Assembly: GCA_964650285.1 (NCBI GenBank)
Contig: CAZYSP010000003.1
Coordinates: 6,364-70,363, forward strand
Reading direction: 5' to 3'
Origin: an uncultured Methanosarcinales archaeon
GTDB taxonomy: Archaea > Nanobdellota > Nanobdellia > Woesearchaeales > GW2011-AR4
DNA: 64,000 bases
Below the pieces are notes generated by a model. That model saw only the letters and a program-made list of their open reading frames with translations. It ran no database searches and was not told the DNA's origin. The first letter of the stretch is position 1, and every line of letters begins with the position of its first letter. Of the stretch, positions 19,071 through 29,289 are shown piece after piece. The translations under genes and the position numbers were made by a program.

Positions 19071-21137
19071 GTGGTCAAGTTCAAGGAGAAAATAATTATA
19101 ACAAGCGCTTTGCCGTATGCCAATGGACCTATACATATAGGGCATTTAGTAGAATACATCCAAACAGATATATTTGTAAGATTCTTGAGGTTAATAGACA
19201 AGGATATTGTTTATTGTTGTGCGGATGATACTCATGGAACTCCTATAGAGATAAAAGCCAAGGAATTGGGGATAAAGCCAGAGCAGTTAATTGCAAGATT
19301 CTTTAAGGAGCATCAGGAAGATTTCAAAAATTTCCATATAAAATTTGATAGTTATTATACAACAAACAGCCGCGAGAATAAGCATTTTTCTGATTTGATT
19401 TTTGAAAAAATAAAGAAAAAAGGACTAATTTATAAAAAAGAGATAGAAGTTACTTATTGTGAGAATTGCAAAAGAACTTTACCAGACAGATATGTTAAGG
19501 GTAAATGCCCAAAATGTAATGCTCCTGACCAGTATGGCGATGTATGCGAAGTATGTAATGCAACATACAAAACAGTTGATTTAATAGATTCTTACTGCAC
19601 AATATGCAAAAACAAGCCTGTAAGAAAGAAATCAGAGCATTACTTCTTTAAGTTAAGTGCACTTTCAGGATTTCTGGAAAAATGGATCAAAAAAAATAAA
19701 AATTTACAACAGGAAACAAAAAATTTTGTTTTAAACTGGATTAAACAAGGTCTGGAAGACTGGAACATATCAAGAGATGGCCCTTATTTTGGCTTTAAAA
19801 TCCCAAATGAAGAAAATAAATATTACTATGTCTGGCTGGATGCGCCAATTGGATATATTTCGAGTTTAGCAAATTATCTAAATAATGATACAAAAAAAGC
19901 AGAAAAAGCATGGAACAATAGCAAAATAATACATTTTATTGGAAAAGACATAACTTATTTCCATTTTCTTTTCTGGCCGGCCATGCTGCATGCTGCTGAC
20001 TTTAAGCTTCCGGAAGACATTGTAGTGCATGGATTTTTGACTGTAAACAATGAAAAGATGTCAAAATCAAGAGGAACTTTTTTTACTGCAAAGGATTTCC
20101 TTAAAAAATATGATGCAGAACATTTAAGGTATTATTATGCCAATGTTTTATCAAAAAAACTTGCAGATATTGACCTCAACCTTAATGAATTCAAGGAGAG
20201 GATAAACAATGAGTTAGTTGGCAATCTGGGGAATTTCTGCTACAGGATAACTAGTTTTGTCAATAAAAATTTCAATGGTGAAATTAAAAATATAGATAAC
20301 AATAAAACAATAATAAATGAAATTAATAATAGAATTAATAAAATAAAAGATTATTATAATGATTTAAACTTTAATGCTGCAGTTAACGGAATATTACAAA
20401 TTTCTGATATAGGCAATAAATACTTCCAGGAAAATGAGCCCTGGGCTTTAATTAAGAAAGATAAGAAGAAAGTGCAGGAAATTTGTGCATTATGCGTTAA
20501 TATCGCAAAAAACCTGAACATTTTGATACAACCAGTATTGCCAAAATTCTCAGAAGAACTGCAAAAACAATTGAACTTGAAAGAGCTAAAATGGAAAGAT
20601 ATTGGTTTTGAGCTGAAAAACCATAAAATTGGAAAAGAGAAGCTTTTAGTAAGAAAGATTGAGGAAAGCAAAGAAGAGTTATTTCCATTAAACCTTAAGG
20701 TTGCTAAAATTGCTGAAGTTGAGGACCATCCTAATGCTGACAAACTCTATGTTATACAGATTAATCTTGGAACAGAAAAAAGGCAGCTTGTTGCAGGGCT
20801 GAAAGATTTTTATAATAAAGAAGAGCTGAAAAACAAAAAAATAATTGTTGTTACAAATTTAAAGCGTGCAAAGTTAAGAAATGTAGAAAGCCAGGGAATG
20901 TTATTGGCAGCAGAAGATAATAAAGGAAATGTAGGCTTACTGACAACAAAATCAGAACCAGGAGATGAAGTTAAATTCGGCAATCTAAAAAACTCCAACA
21001 AGGAAATAAGCTTTGATAATTTTAAAAAATTGAAAATAACAGCCAAAAATAAAAAAGTATATTTCGATGATTTAGAGCTAAAAACAGATAAAGATACTGT
21101 TTCTTATGAGAATATTAAGGATGGGAAGGTTTGTTAG
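19071..21137 (+). CDS. metG: methionyl-tRNA synthetase with C-terminal tRNA-binding (EMAP/Trbp111-like) domain
   Basis: HIGH (PIHIGHLVEY), KMSKS, zinc knuckles CENCK..CPKCN..CEVCN..CTICK. C-terminal LNLKVAKIAEVEDHPNADKLYV. Confidence 0.9.
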   Translation: MVKFKEKIIITSALPYANGPIHIGHLVEYIQTDIFVRFLRLIDKDIVYCCADDTHGTPIEIKAKELGIKPEQLIARFFKEHQEDFKNFHIKFDSYYTTNSRENKHFSDLIFEKIKKKGLIYKKEIEVTYCENCKRTLPDRYVKGKCPKCNAPDQYGDVCEVCNATYKTVDLIDSYCTICKNKPVRKKSEHYFFKLSALSGFLEKWIKKNKNLQQETKNFVLNWIKQGLEDWNISRDGPYFGFKIPNEENKYYYVWLDAPIGYISSLANYLNNDTKKAEKAWNNSKIIHFIGKDITYFHFLFWPAMLHAADFKLPEDIVVHGFLTVNNEKMSKSRGTFFTAKDFLKKYDAEHLRYYYANVLSKKLADIDLNLNEFKERINNELVGNLGNFCYRITSFVNKNFNGEIKNIDNNKTIINEINNRINKIKDYYNDLNFNAAVNGILQISDIGNKYFQENEPWALIKKDKKKVQEICALCVNIAKNLNILIQPVLPKFSEELQKQLNLKELKWKDIGFELKNHKIGKEKLLVRKIEESKEELFPLNLKVAKIAEVEDHPNADKLYVIQINLGTEKRQLVAGLKDFYNKEELKNKKIIVVTNLKRAKLRNVESQGMLLAAEDNKGNVGLLTTKSEPGDEVKFGNLKNSNKEISFDNFKKLKITAKNKKVYFDDLELKTDKDTVSYENIKDGKVC

Positions 21138-21227
21138 TTTTTTGTGTATAGTTTTGTAAAAAGTTTGCTCAATAGTTATGATACCAAAACCATAACCTTT
21201 AAATAACAACTAAGCACTACATTTTTC

Positions 21228-22070
21228 ATGGCTTCGGTACTACAAGACATGTGGAATGGGCTTTTAGACAAGGCTGCTGGTTATGCACCAAAACTTATAA
21301 CTGTGGCCATAATATTAATTATTGGATTTATAATCATAAGGATTTTGATTCACTTAATAGATAAATTCTTCAATAAGGTGAATTTTGATAGAAGTGTTGA
21401 GACCTTTCTTGAGAATGTAGCAAGAGTTATTTTATGGTCTATTCTGATAATAATTATATTGGCAAACTTAGGTGTTGATGTTACCGGCCTTATTGCAGGT
21501 CTTGGTATAATGGGATTTATTGTTGGTTTTGCACTTAAGGATACTTTAGGGAACTTGGCCTCTGGTGTATTTATTCTCTTCCATAAGCCCTTTAAAGTAG
21601 GAGACTGGATAAAAGTAGGTGGTATTGTAGGCGGTGTTGAAAGGATGGGCATTGCAGCCTGTGTTCTAAAGAGCCCAGATAATATTAAAATAACCATACC
21701 AAACAGCAAGATATGGGGGGATGTTATACAGAATTTCCATGGAAATCCAACAAGAAAATTGTTTAATCTAGAAATAGGTATAAGCTATGATTCCAACATA
21801 GACAAAGCAATCAAGATAATTACTGACATATTGAAAAAAGATGAAAGAGTTCTTAAGGATCCTGAACCACAAATTGTAGTTAAAAGCTTAAGAGATAGTT
21901 CTGTTAATATTGCTATAAGGCCTTCGATGAAAAAGGAAGACTATTGGAATGTTTATTTCGACACAATCAAGAATATCAAGGAAGAGTTTGACAAGAATGG
22001 GATAAGCATTCCATTCCCGCAAAGAGATGTCTGGATCAGGGAAATGTCAAAACGTCCTAAGAAAAAATGA
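21228..22070 (+). CDS. small-conductance mechanosensitive channel (MscS family)
   Basis: Transmembrane helices plus MscS beta-domain GDWIKVGGIVGGVERMGIAACVL. Confidence 0.8.
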   Translation: MASVLQDMWNGLLDKAAGYAPKLITVAIILIIGFIIIRILIHLIDKFFNKVNFDRSVETFLENVARVILWSILIIIILANLGVDVTGLIAGLGIMGFIVGFALKDTLGNLASGVFILFHKPFKVGDWIKVGGIVGGVERMGIAACVLKSPDNIKITIPNSKIWGDVIQNFHGNPTRKLFNLEIGISYDSNIDKAIKIITDILKKDERVLKDPEPQIVVKSLRDSSVNIAIRPSMKKEDYWNVYFDTIKNIKEEFDKNGISIPFPQRDVWIREMSKRPKKK

Positions 22071-22078
22071 GTTCTGAA

Positions 22079-22687
22079 TTACCTAGAAGCATCTGCCTGT
22101 CTTTCCACTTCTAATTTCTTTGCTATTGCATTTGAAGCATTACTTAACCTGTAGGCATTGATTATTTCTTCTGTGAGTGTGCTTTCTATGGATTTTTTTG
22201 AGTTAAAGGATTTATGGTAAGCACCTTGAGCCATGTGCCTCAAAGCTATATCTATACGTCTTTGGGGTGCACATTCAACTGCTTTAGGATATCTTGCTCC
22301 ACCATACTCAATAGTTATTATTTCCTCTCTCTGAGCAGCATTTTCCAGGGCTTTTACAAAAACCATTATTGGATTCTCTTTTGTCTGCTTTTCTATTGCA
22401 GCAAAAACATTTTCCACAATGGAAAAAGACTTGTTGGCTTTTCCTGTTGTATGATAGCTTGTCTTAAAATGCTTCTTGGATTTATGCCCTGGTATCATCA
22501 GTTTATTAATCAACCTTTCAACTATGAAAATCTTGCTTTTGTGGAAGCGGTTTTTTGCATATCTGGCCCCTGTCTTAGGAACAATTCTGGGCTCTAGTGT
22601 AATGTATGACTTTAGTCCAGGATCATCTACATTAATTCCGCTCACATCCCATCTGTTGAAAGCTTTTATTTGAGATTGCATTTTCAA
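22079..22687 (-). CDS. rps7: 30S ribosomal protein S7 (uS7)
   Basis: Collinear with archaeal S7. Lies downstream of S12. Confidence 0.9.
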   Translation of the reverse strand: MKMQSQIKAFNRWDVSGINVDDPGLKSYITLEPRIVPKTGARYAKNRFHKSKIFIVERLINKLMIPGHKSKKHFKTSYHTTGKANKSFSIVENVFAAIEKQTKENPIMVFVKALENAAQREEIITIEYGGARYPKAVECAPQRRIDIALRHMAQGAYHKSFNSKKSIESTLTEEIINAYRLSNASNAIAKKLEVERQADASR

Positions 22688-22762
22688 AAATTATTTTATT
22701 TCCTAGCCTTTTCTATTATAAGTGTTGGGGGGGTGGGAGGAAAATATGAAAAAGCGAGTAAT

Positions 22763-23200
22763 TTATTTACGAGCTTTTTCTATTATACCCTTTAGTAATG
22801 CGTCCAGGCTTTGATCATTTACTTTAATGACCTGCCATCTTACGCCAGGAATGTCACCTTTACTTTTTCCCATTGCGCCTCCTATACATTCAATCATAAC
22901 TTTATCGTGCTCATCAATAAGCTTTGTTGCTCCATCTCCCGGGCAGAATGCTGTTATTTGTCTGCCATTCTTAATTAATTGAATTCTTACGCATTTCCTC
23001 ATTGCAGAGTTTGGCTGTTTAGCTTCCAGTTGTACTTTCTCCAAAACAATCCCTTCTGCCTGAGAAGCACCTTCCAGAGGGTCAGATTTAGCTTTCAGCC
23101 TTCTAACTCTCCTTACAAACCATTTATCCTTCCATTTGCTCTTATGCCTTCTAGCTTTAAGCTTCTTTCCTGCATTTAATCCCCTGCTTTTCTTTCCCAT
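22763..23200 (-). CDS. rps12: 30S ribosomal protein S12 (uS12)
   Basis: [29 protein letters not shown] core. Confidence 0.9.
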   Translation of the reverse strand: MGKKSRGLNAGKKLKARRHKSKWKDKWFVRRVRRLKAKSDPLEGASQAEGIVLEKVQLEAKQPNSAMRKCVRIQLIKNGRQITAFCPGDGATKLIDEHDKVMIECIGGAMGKSKGDIPGVRWQVIKVNDQSLDALLKGIIEKARK

Positions 23201-23314
23201 ATACGTTTTAGAAATTATTCTTGGTTTTTAAATGTTGTGCATCTGTTATGGAAAAAAAGAAACTTTTAAATAATAAAGGATTTAAAGTTAGTACAATCAT
23301 AAAAGAGGGAATAA

Positions 23315-23578
23315 ATGGCTAATACTAAAGTTAGTGCTTTTGAAATTGTTCTTTTAATGGTAGGCCTTACTGCCGCTGTTTTGGGCTTTCAGTTCATAAA
23401 CCAGGTTTATATTACAGAAGGAAAGATAAGCTGGTTAATGGTAATAGCAATATTCAACTGGCTTATGCTTCTTGTTGTGTTTGTATCATTAAGCGTGGGT
23501 GTTGATGTCACCAAAAAAGAGCTTGTTGAACTGAAGAAGATAGTTGACCTGCTCAGCCAGAGGAAAGGCAAGAAATAA
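23315..23578 (+). CDS. small membrane protein (2 TM)
   Basis: Two hydrophobic helices, 87 aa. Confidence 0.35.
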   Translation: MANTKVSAFEIVLLMVGLTAAVLGFQFINQVYITEGKISWLMVIAIFNWLMLLVVFVSLSVGVDVTKKELVELKKIVDLLSQRKGKK

Positions 23579-23591
23579 TGTCTTATCAATT

Positions 23592-24824
23592 CTAAAGTGC
23601 CAGGATATCCAGTATCTTGTTTCCAATAATCCTTTTATCTGCTAAATTTATATGTTTAACCTTTTTATTTTTATCAACAATATAAACCTCGTTTGTCTCT
23701 GTATTAAAGCCAGCACCTTTTTTCCCAACATCATTTGCAACAACAATATCCGCATTCGCACTTTTTAAAAGCCAATATGCCCTGTTTATTAATTCCTGTT
23801 TGCTTGTCCTGTATTCTGCCTTAAAGCCAGCTAATACAATATTTTTTTTGAGGATTTTAATATTCTCAAATATTTTTGTTGCTGGAGTTAGCTCTAAATG
23901 CATACTTTTGTTGCTTTTTATCTTAGTTTTATTTTTGTTATTAATTGTAAAGTCAGAAACAGCAGCAGCATGAATCATTATATCTTTATTTTTAATATTT
24001 TTTTTGATTTCATTGAATAATTCTTTCACAGTATTAATTTTGATATCTTTAAAATGATAATTTGGCTCTACTGAATTAGCACCCCTGATTAATGTAACTT
24101 CTGCGCCACGTAAGAAAGCTTCTTCAGCAAGATAAACTCCCATTTTTCCAGAACTTTTATTTGTGATGACCCTTATAGGATCAATTTCTTCAGATGTTGC
24201 ACCTGCAGTTACTAAAATCTTTTTACCTGCTAAATCAGATTTTCTTTGGATAGTTACTTCTATTCTTTTTACTATTTCATCTAAATTAGCTAATCTTCCA
24301 ATTCCCTTATAACCGCAAGCTAAGATGCCATATTCCGGAGCAACAAACTCATATCTTAACTTCTTTAATTTATCCACATTTTCCTGCATAATGGAATTTT
24401 TCCACATCTTTACATTCATTGCAGGGCATATAAGAACTGGAGCATTAGTTGCCATTATGCTTGAAGTCAATAGATTGTCTGCTATGCCATTTGCTATTTT
24501 ACCTATTGTATTTGCAGTTGCAGGGCATATTAAAAATAAATCAGCTTTATCTGCCAAAGAAATATGTTTTATTTGTTTGTCTTTTTTTATGAAATCAATA
24601 TAATTTACTTTTTTATTGAAAGAGTGCACTGAAACTTCATTGTTGCTTGCTTTTTCAAAATCTTTTATATCAACTAGTTTTGTAGCACTTTCTGTCATAA
24701 TTACATGGACATTTGCATTTAATTTTCTTAGTTTTTTAATTAGCCCAAGAACTTTATAGCATGCAATGCTGCTTGTTACTCCAATAACTATATTTTTTTT
24801 GTAGAATATATTTTTATTTTTCAT
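23592..24824 (-). CDS. coaBC: bifunctional phosphopantothenoylcysteine decarboxylase/synthetase
   Basis: N-terminal flavoprotein (IVIGVTSSIACYK, PATANT), C-terminal DFP/CoaB domain. Confidence 0.85.
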   Translation of the reverse strand: MKNKNIFYKKNIVIGVTSSIACYKVLGLIKKLRKLNANVHVIMTESATKLVDIKDFEKASNNEVSVHSFNKKVNYIDFIKKDKQIKHISLADKADLFLICPATANTIGKIANGIADNLLTSSIMATNAPVLICPAMNVKMWKNSIMQENVDKLKKLRYEFVAPEYGILACGYKGIGRLANLDEIVKRIEVTIQRKSDLAGKKILVTAGATSEEIDPIRVITNKSSGKMGVYLAEEAFLRGAEVTLIRGANSVEPNYHFKDIKINTVKELFNEIKKNIKNKDIMIHAAAVSDFTINNKNKTKIKSNKSMHLELTPATKIFENIKILKKNIVLAGFKAEYRTSKQELINRAYWLLKSANADIVVANDVGKKGAGFNTETNEVYIVDKNKKVKHINLADKRIIGNKILDILAL

Positions 24825-24989
24825 ATTTTTAATATTATTTTTTAATTTATTATTGTTTTTAAAATGAATTTTAATTATTTTTTAATTTGGATTATTATTT
24901 TTATTATTGAAAATTATTTTATTAATTTTTATTTATTTTTATTGAATTATTAAATTATTGGAAACATTATTTATTGATTTTTAATGTTG

Positions 24990-25760
24990 TCAATGAAAAC
25001 TATGCTCATCTGCTGGAAACTTCCCTTCTTTCACGTCTTTGATATAATTTTCAAAAGCATTCTTCATTTCTTTTCCTAGCTCAGCATATTTTTTTACGAA
25101 TTTTGGGCTGAATTTGTCGTATAGGCCTAAAATGTCATTTGATACTAAAACCTGGCCATCACAATATGGACCAGCACCTATACCAATAGTTGGTATTGAA
25201 ATAATTTCTGTAATTCTTTTTGCAAGCTGCATTGGAACACACTCTAAAACAACACTGTAACAGCCTGCTTCTTCCAGTTGTTTTGCTAGCTTAAGCAATT
25301 TATTTGCAGTTTCTTCGTCCTTGCCTTGCACCTTAAAATCAGTAATAGTTTGTGGAGTCAACCCAATATGCCCCATAACTCCCATGCCATTATCAACTAA
25401 AAATTTTGCAATTTCCGGTTTATTCTCAATTTTTACATTATCTGCTCCTGCTTTGATAAATGCTTTTGCATTCAAAACAGCACTTTCATTGTCATTATAG
25501 CTATTAGCAGGCATATCGCCAACAATCATGGTATTTTTTGCGCCTCGTGCAACAGCTCCAGTATGCCTTAGCATATCATCCATAGTAACGCTTAATGTAT
25601 TCTCATAACCCAAAACAACCATTCCTAAGCTGTCTCCAATCAATATTATATCAACACCCACTTCATCCATGTACTTTGCAGTACTGCAATCATAAGCAGT
25701 AAGCATAGTTATTTTTTCCTTGCTCTTCATGGATTTTATTTTGTCAACTGTGGTTTTCAT
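24990..25760 (-). CDS. panB: 3-methyl-2-oxobutanoate hydroxymethyltransferase
   Basis: MLTAYD ... GIGAGP pattern. 256 aa. Confidence 0.85.
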   Translation of the reverse strand: MKTTVDKIKSMKSKEKITMLTAYDCSTAKYMDEVGVDIILIGDSLGMVVLGYENTLSVTMDDMLRHTGAVARGAKNTMIVGDMPANSYNDNESAVLNAKAFIKAGADNVKIENKPEIAKFLVDNGMGVMGHIGLTPQTITDFKVQGKDEETANKLLKLAKQLEEAGCYSVVLECVPMQLAKRITEIISIPTIGIGAGPYCDGQVLVSNDILGLYDKFSPKFVKKYAELGKEMKNAFENYIKDVKEGKFPADEHSFH

Positions 25761-25841
25761 AAGTTTATGTATACTATAATTGTTTATAAAGGTTCTTTTT
25801 TGTAAATAACAATCTTTTTAAATGTAATAACGGTATCTATT

Positions 25842-26852
25842 TTGTCTATGAAAGTCGCAGAATGGTTTGATAAAAACAGGTACAAAGCATCAAGTTTTTC
25901 AAACATAAAAAAACTGGTGGAATTGAAGAGAAAACAGAAAACTGCAATTAGTGTAGTTATTCCAACTCTTAACGAAGAATCAACCATTGGAAAGATAATA
26001 GAAGTTCTAAAAGAAAATTTAATGCAGAAATACAAGCTAGTGGATGAAATAGTTGTTATTGATTCTGGCAGCACTGACAAGACAAGAGACAACGCAAAAA
26101 AAGCAGGTGCAAACGTATATCTGGATTCTGAAATTCTAAAAAGAAAAGGAAATTACAAAGGCAAAGGTGAAAATTTATGGAAGTCCTTGTATGTAACAAA
26201 AGGTAATATAATATGCTGGATTGATGGTGATATAAAGAATATACATCCCAGATTTATTTACGGGCTTGTTGGGCCATTATTGACAAACAAGAATATTTAT
26301 TACACTAAAGCTTTTTATCAGAGAGTATCAAAAAAAGCCAATGGGACGACCCCTCTTGGAGGGGGAAGAACTACAGAACTGTGCTTTAGGCCTCTCATTA
26401 ATATGTTCTTTCCATTGCTAAGCGGCTTTATCCAGCCATTGAGTGGGGAATATGCTGGCAGGAGAAAACATCTGGAAAGACTTCCATTCTTCACTGGATA
26501 TGGTGTAGAAACAGGATTATTGATAGACATGCAAAAGAAATTTGGATTAAAAAGAGTTGCCCAGGTAGACCTTGTATCAAGGATACATAAGCACCAGAGT
26601 TTAAGAGGCCTAAGCAAACAGGCTTTTGCAGTTTTACAAGTAATATCAAAAAGAGCAAATACACTTGGGAAGTTCATACTTGTAAATGACATCAGGAGAA
26701 AAATAAAAATCATTGAAAGGGCCACTGAAGGCAAGAAAGTAGATTACAAACTTATTGATTCTCCGATTGAGCAAATACAAAGACCGCCAATAATTACATT
26801 AGAGGAATACAGAAAAAAATTCAAAAAAGAGCCTAAGTGGGTTTATGATTAA
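25842..26852 (+). CDS. GT2/GT81 glycosyltransferase, glucosyl-3-phosphoglycerate synthase-like
   Basis: ISVVIPTLNEESTIGKIIEVL ... VDEIVVIDSGSTDKT and a DGD (DxD) motif, resembling GpgS. Confidence 0.55.
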   Translation: MSMKVAEWFDKNRYKASSFSNIKKLVELKRKQKTAISVVIPTLNEESTIGKIIEVLKENLMQKYKLVDEIVVIDSGSTDKTRDNAKKAGANVYLDSEILKRKGNYKGKGENLWKSLYVTKGNIICWIDGDIKNIHPRFIYGLVGPLLTNKNIYYTKAFYQRVSKKANGTTPLGGGRTTELCFRPLINMFFPLLSGFIQPLSGEYAGRRKHLERLPFFTGYGVETGLLIDMQKKFGLKRVAQVDLVSRIHKHQSLRGLSKQAFAVLQVISKRANTLGKFILVNDIRRKIKIIERATEGKKVDYKLIDSPIEQIQRPPIITLEEYRKKFKKEPKWVYD

Positions 26853-26905
26853 TCTTTTATAAATTAAAGGAAAACTTAATAACATCTAAAACATTTATAT
26901 TCTTA

Positions 26906-28087
26906 ATGCTTATAAAAAACTATAAAAAATTGTCTAGGACTAACTTAAGAAGAAAAGCGCTTCAAATTATTAATTCTGGACTTTTAGCAATAAAAACAGA
27001 AAAAATAATAAAAAACAATATCAAATTAAAAGGTAATTCTCTGATAATAAAAAATAATAAATTCGATTTAAATAACTATAAAAGGATTTTTGTTATAGGT
27101 TTTGGAAAGGCCTCTTCTCTAATGGCAAAAGAACTAAAAAATATACTGAAAAACAGGATAAACAATGGACTAGTAATATCAACAAAGAAAATAAAGTTAA
27201 ATAAGATAAAAATCATAAAAGGAACTCATCCTCTTCCAACTGAAAAGAATATTTATGCCACAAAGAAAATGATAAACCTATTAAAAAGCCTGAATAAAGA
27301 TGATCTGGTGATTTCTCTTATTTCAGGAGGGGGTTCTGCTTTATTGTTTTATCCTAATATTAAATATTACAAATATATGGAAATATTCAACAAGGCATTC
27401 AAATCAGGAATTGGCATTTATGGATTAAATAAACTTAGGAAGAAATATTCTAATGTTAAAGGAGGCAAGCTGGCAAGACATACAAAAGCAAGAATAATTT
27501 CCTTGATATTCTCAGATGTTGTTGGTGATGATCTGGCTACTATTGCATCTGGACCAACATACGGGAAAGGGTTAAAGAATGTGGACAATATTCTGTTATT
27601 GAACAATGAAGTTGCTTTAGATGCCATGAAAAAGAAATCAGTTTTATTAGGACTAAAACCAATTATAGTTACAAATAAATTAAAAGGAGAAGCAAGATTG
27701 ATTAGGAAAAATCTGTTGAAATCAGTTAATAAGTATAAAAATAAGAATTGTTTTTTATTTGCAGGAGAAACAACAGTTACAGTTAAGGGTAATGGAAAAG
27801 GAGGAAGAAACCAGGAGTTGTGTTTAGGAGCTATAAAAGAGGTTGGGAAATTAAAAGATACTGTTATTGCTTTTGTAGGAACTGACGGCATAGACGGTCC
27901 AACAGATGCGGCAGGAGCGATAGTAGATAGTAACTCTTTAGAAAAAGCCCGAAAACTAGGATTAGATCCCACAGAATATTTAGATAAGAATGACTCTTAC
28001 AATTTCTTTAAAAGAATAAAAGATTTAGTTTTTACTGGAGCAACTGGTAGTAATGTGGCTGATATCGGGCTTATAGTTAAGAAATAA
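26906..28087 (+). CDS. glycerate kinase (MOFRL family)
   Basis: GTDGIDGPTDAAGAIVD signature and MOFRL N-terminus. Confidence 0.75.
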   Translation: MLIKNYKKLSRTNLRRKALQIINSGLLAIKTEKIIKNNIKLKGNSLIIKNNKFDLNNYKRIFVIGFGKASSLMAKELKNILKNRINNGLVISTKKIKLNKIKIIKGTHPLPTEKNIYATKKMINLLKSLNKDDLVISLISGGGSALLFYPNIKYYKYMEIFNKAFKSGIGIYGLNKLRKKYSNVKGGKLARHTKARIISLIFSDVVGDDLATIASGPTYGKGLKNVDNILLLNNEVALDAMKKKSVLLGLKPIIVTNKLKGEARLIRKNLLKSVNKYKNKNCFLFAGETTVTVKGNGKGGRNQELCLGAIKEVGKLKDTVIAFVGTDGIDGPTDAAGAIVDSNSLEKARKLGLDPTEYLDKNDSYNFFKRIKDLVFTGATGSNVADIGLIVKK

Positions 28088-28160
28088 CTTATTCTTTTAG
28101 TAAGTCTAAAAAAACAGCCATCTATATCTGTTGTGATTACAAGTTGCTCTAGCCTCATTT

Positions 28161-29210
28161 TTATTTATACACTTTGTCGTATATTGTGTTCGGGTCTATT
28201 AGCATTGGATTGTTCCTTAGAATGTGTTCAAGGTCTCCTGGCTTTTTAATAACACCTATACTCTGGCTGATGTTACCATTAACTTTATCAATCCTTGATT
28301 TGTATTTGCTGTCGTAAACAACAATTTTGCCATCAATAGGCCTTAGAACCAGTTCGGGCTCTTTTGAGATTTGGGGATCTCGCGCATTTGGCCAGTTAGA
28401 AGCATGACCATATCCAAAGAGTGGGCTTCTTCTTGCAAGCTGTTCTTCAATACCAAATATTTGCATCACTGCATTTTGGTTTTTTTCAACAGTCTTTGGC
28501 TCTAACCCTGCACCAACTATTACAAAATACAGAATCACTTCTGGTTTTTTTGGGTCTATTTTATATTCTTCCCTTAACTGCCAGTCTGCTTCTTTTAAGA
28601 CTTGGACTCTCTTATAAAGGCTTGATGCCTGCATTAATCTTACAAGAGGGTCTTCTTCATTTTCTACTCTTTGATAAAGGTCATTGCTATGCAATAATTC
28701 TTGTTCAGAAACTCCTGCTTCCTCTAGTATTGCAAGCTTTTTATCAGGGTCAATATCTGAAAGAGGGATGTAATGGTTAGCAGGTAAACTTAATCTTACA
28801 ATTTTTTCACCATCTTGATGTATTAATTGTCTCACAATATCTTTTGTTTTATCAACAACTTTACTAAAGGAACTATTTGTTTCATAATCTGGATTATCGC
28901 TATATGTAGGTGTAAAAGTACTACCATTTGTACATATTAAAACATCTTCAAATCCATTAAATTAAAAGGTAAATTCATTATTAAAGTCCGGATGAAGATA
29001 AGATTCCCCGCCACTAAACATGAGAGGCGCCCTTTTACTTCCTTTTAAGCCAGCAAATTCTTCTTTTAACAAGTGTAAGTCTAAAAATCCGGCAGTATTT
29101 CTCTCATTTGCAGCACTTTCTGAGCAGGGCCCGCACATCTTGTTACAGTAATCAGTAACAATAACTGTTATGGGGACCTGAATTTCAGTCTTATTTGTTG
29201 AATTTGTCAT
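28161..29210 (-). pseudogene. radical SAM protein interrupted by one in-frame TAA (28962-28964)
   Basis: Upstream part has CNKMCGPC (Cx3Cx2C) and FSGGESYLHPDF (GGE SAM motif). The frame continues in phase through the TAA into ...LICTNGS... and the 224-aa downstream ORF. Confidence 0.6.
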
Positions 29211-29289
29211 ATTATAGCTGTCTATGTAAAAATAGTATATACATCTTTCTGTTTTTACTACTATAAAGTGAATTATAATATTAATTTAA

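Noticed and set aside
24825-24989. AT-only repetitive spacers that look CRISPR-like or satellite-like at first glance (also 43977-44095 and 49665-49713)
   Set aside because: There is no regular repeat-spacer periodicity or conserved repeat unit. They are ordinary A/T low-complexity intergenic DNA of an AT-rich genome.
28962-28964. Stop-codon recoding or alternative genetic code as an explanation for the in-frame TAA
   Set aside because: All other conserved genes in the window terminate normally at TAA, TAG or TGA and none show internal stops. An isolated nonsense mutation or sequence error is more parsimonious.
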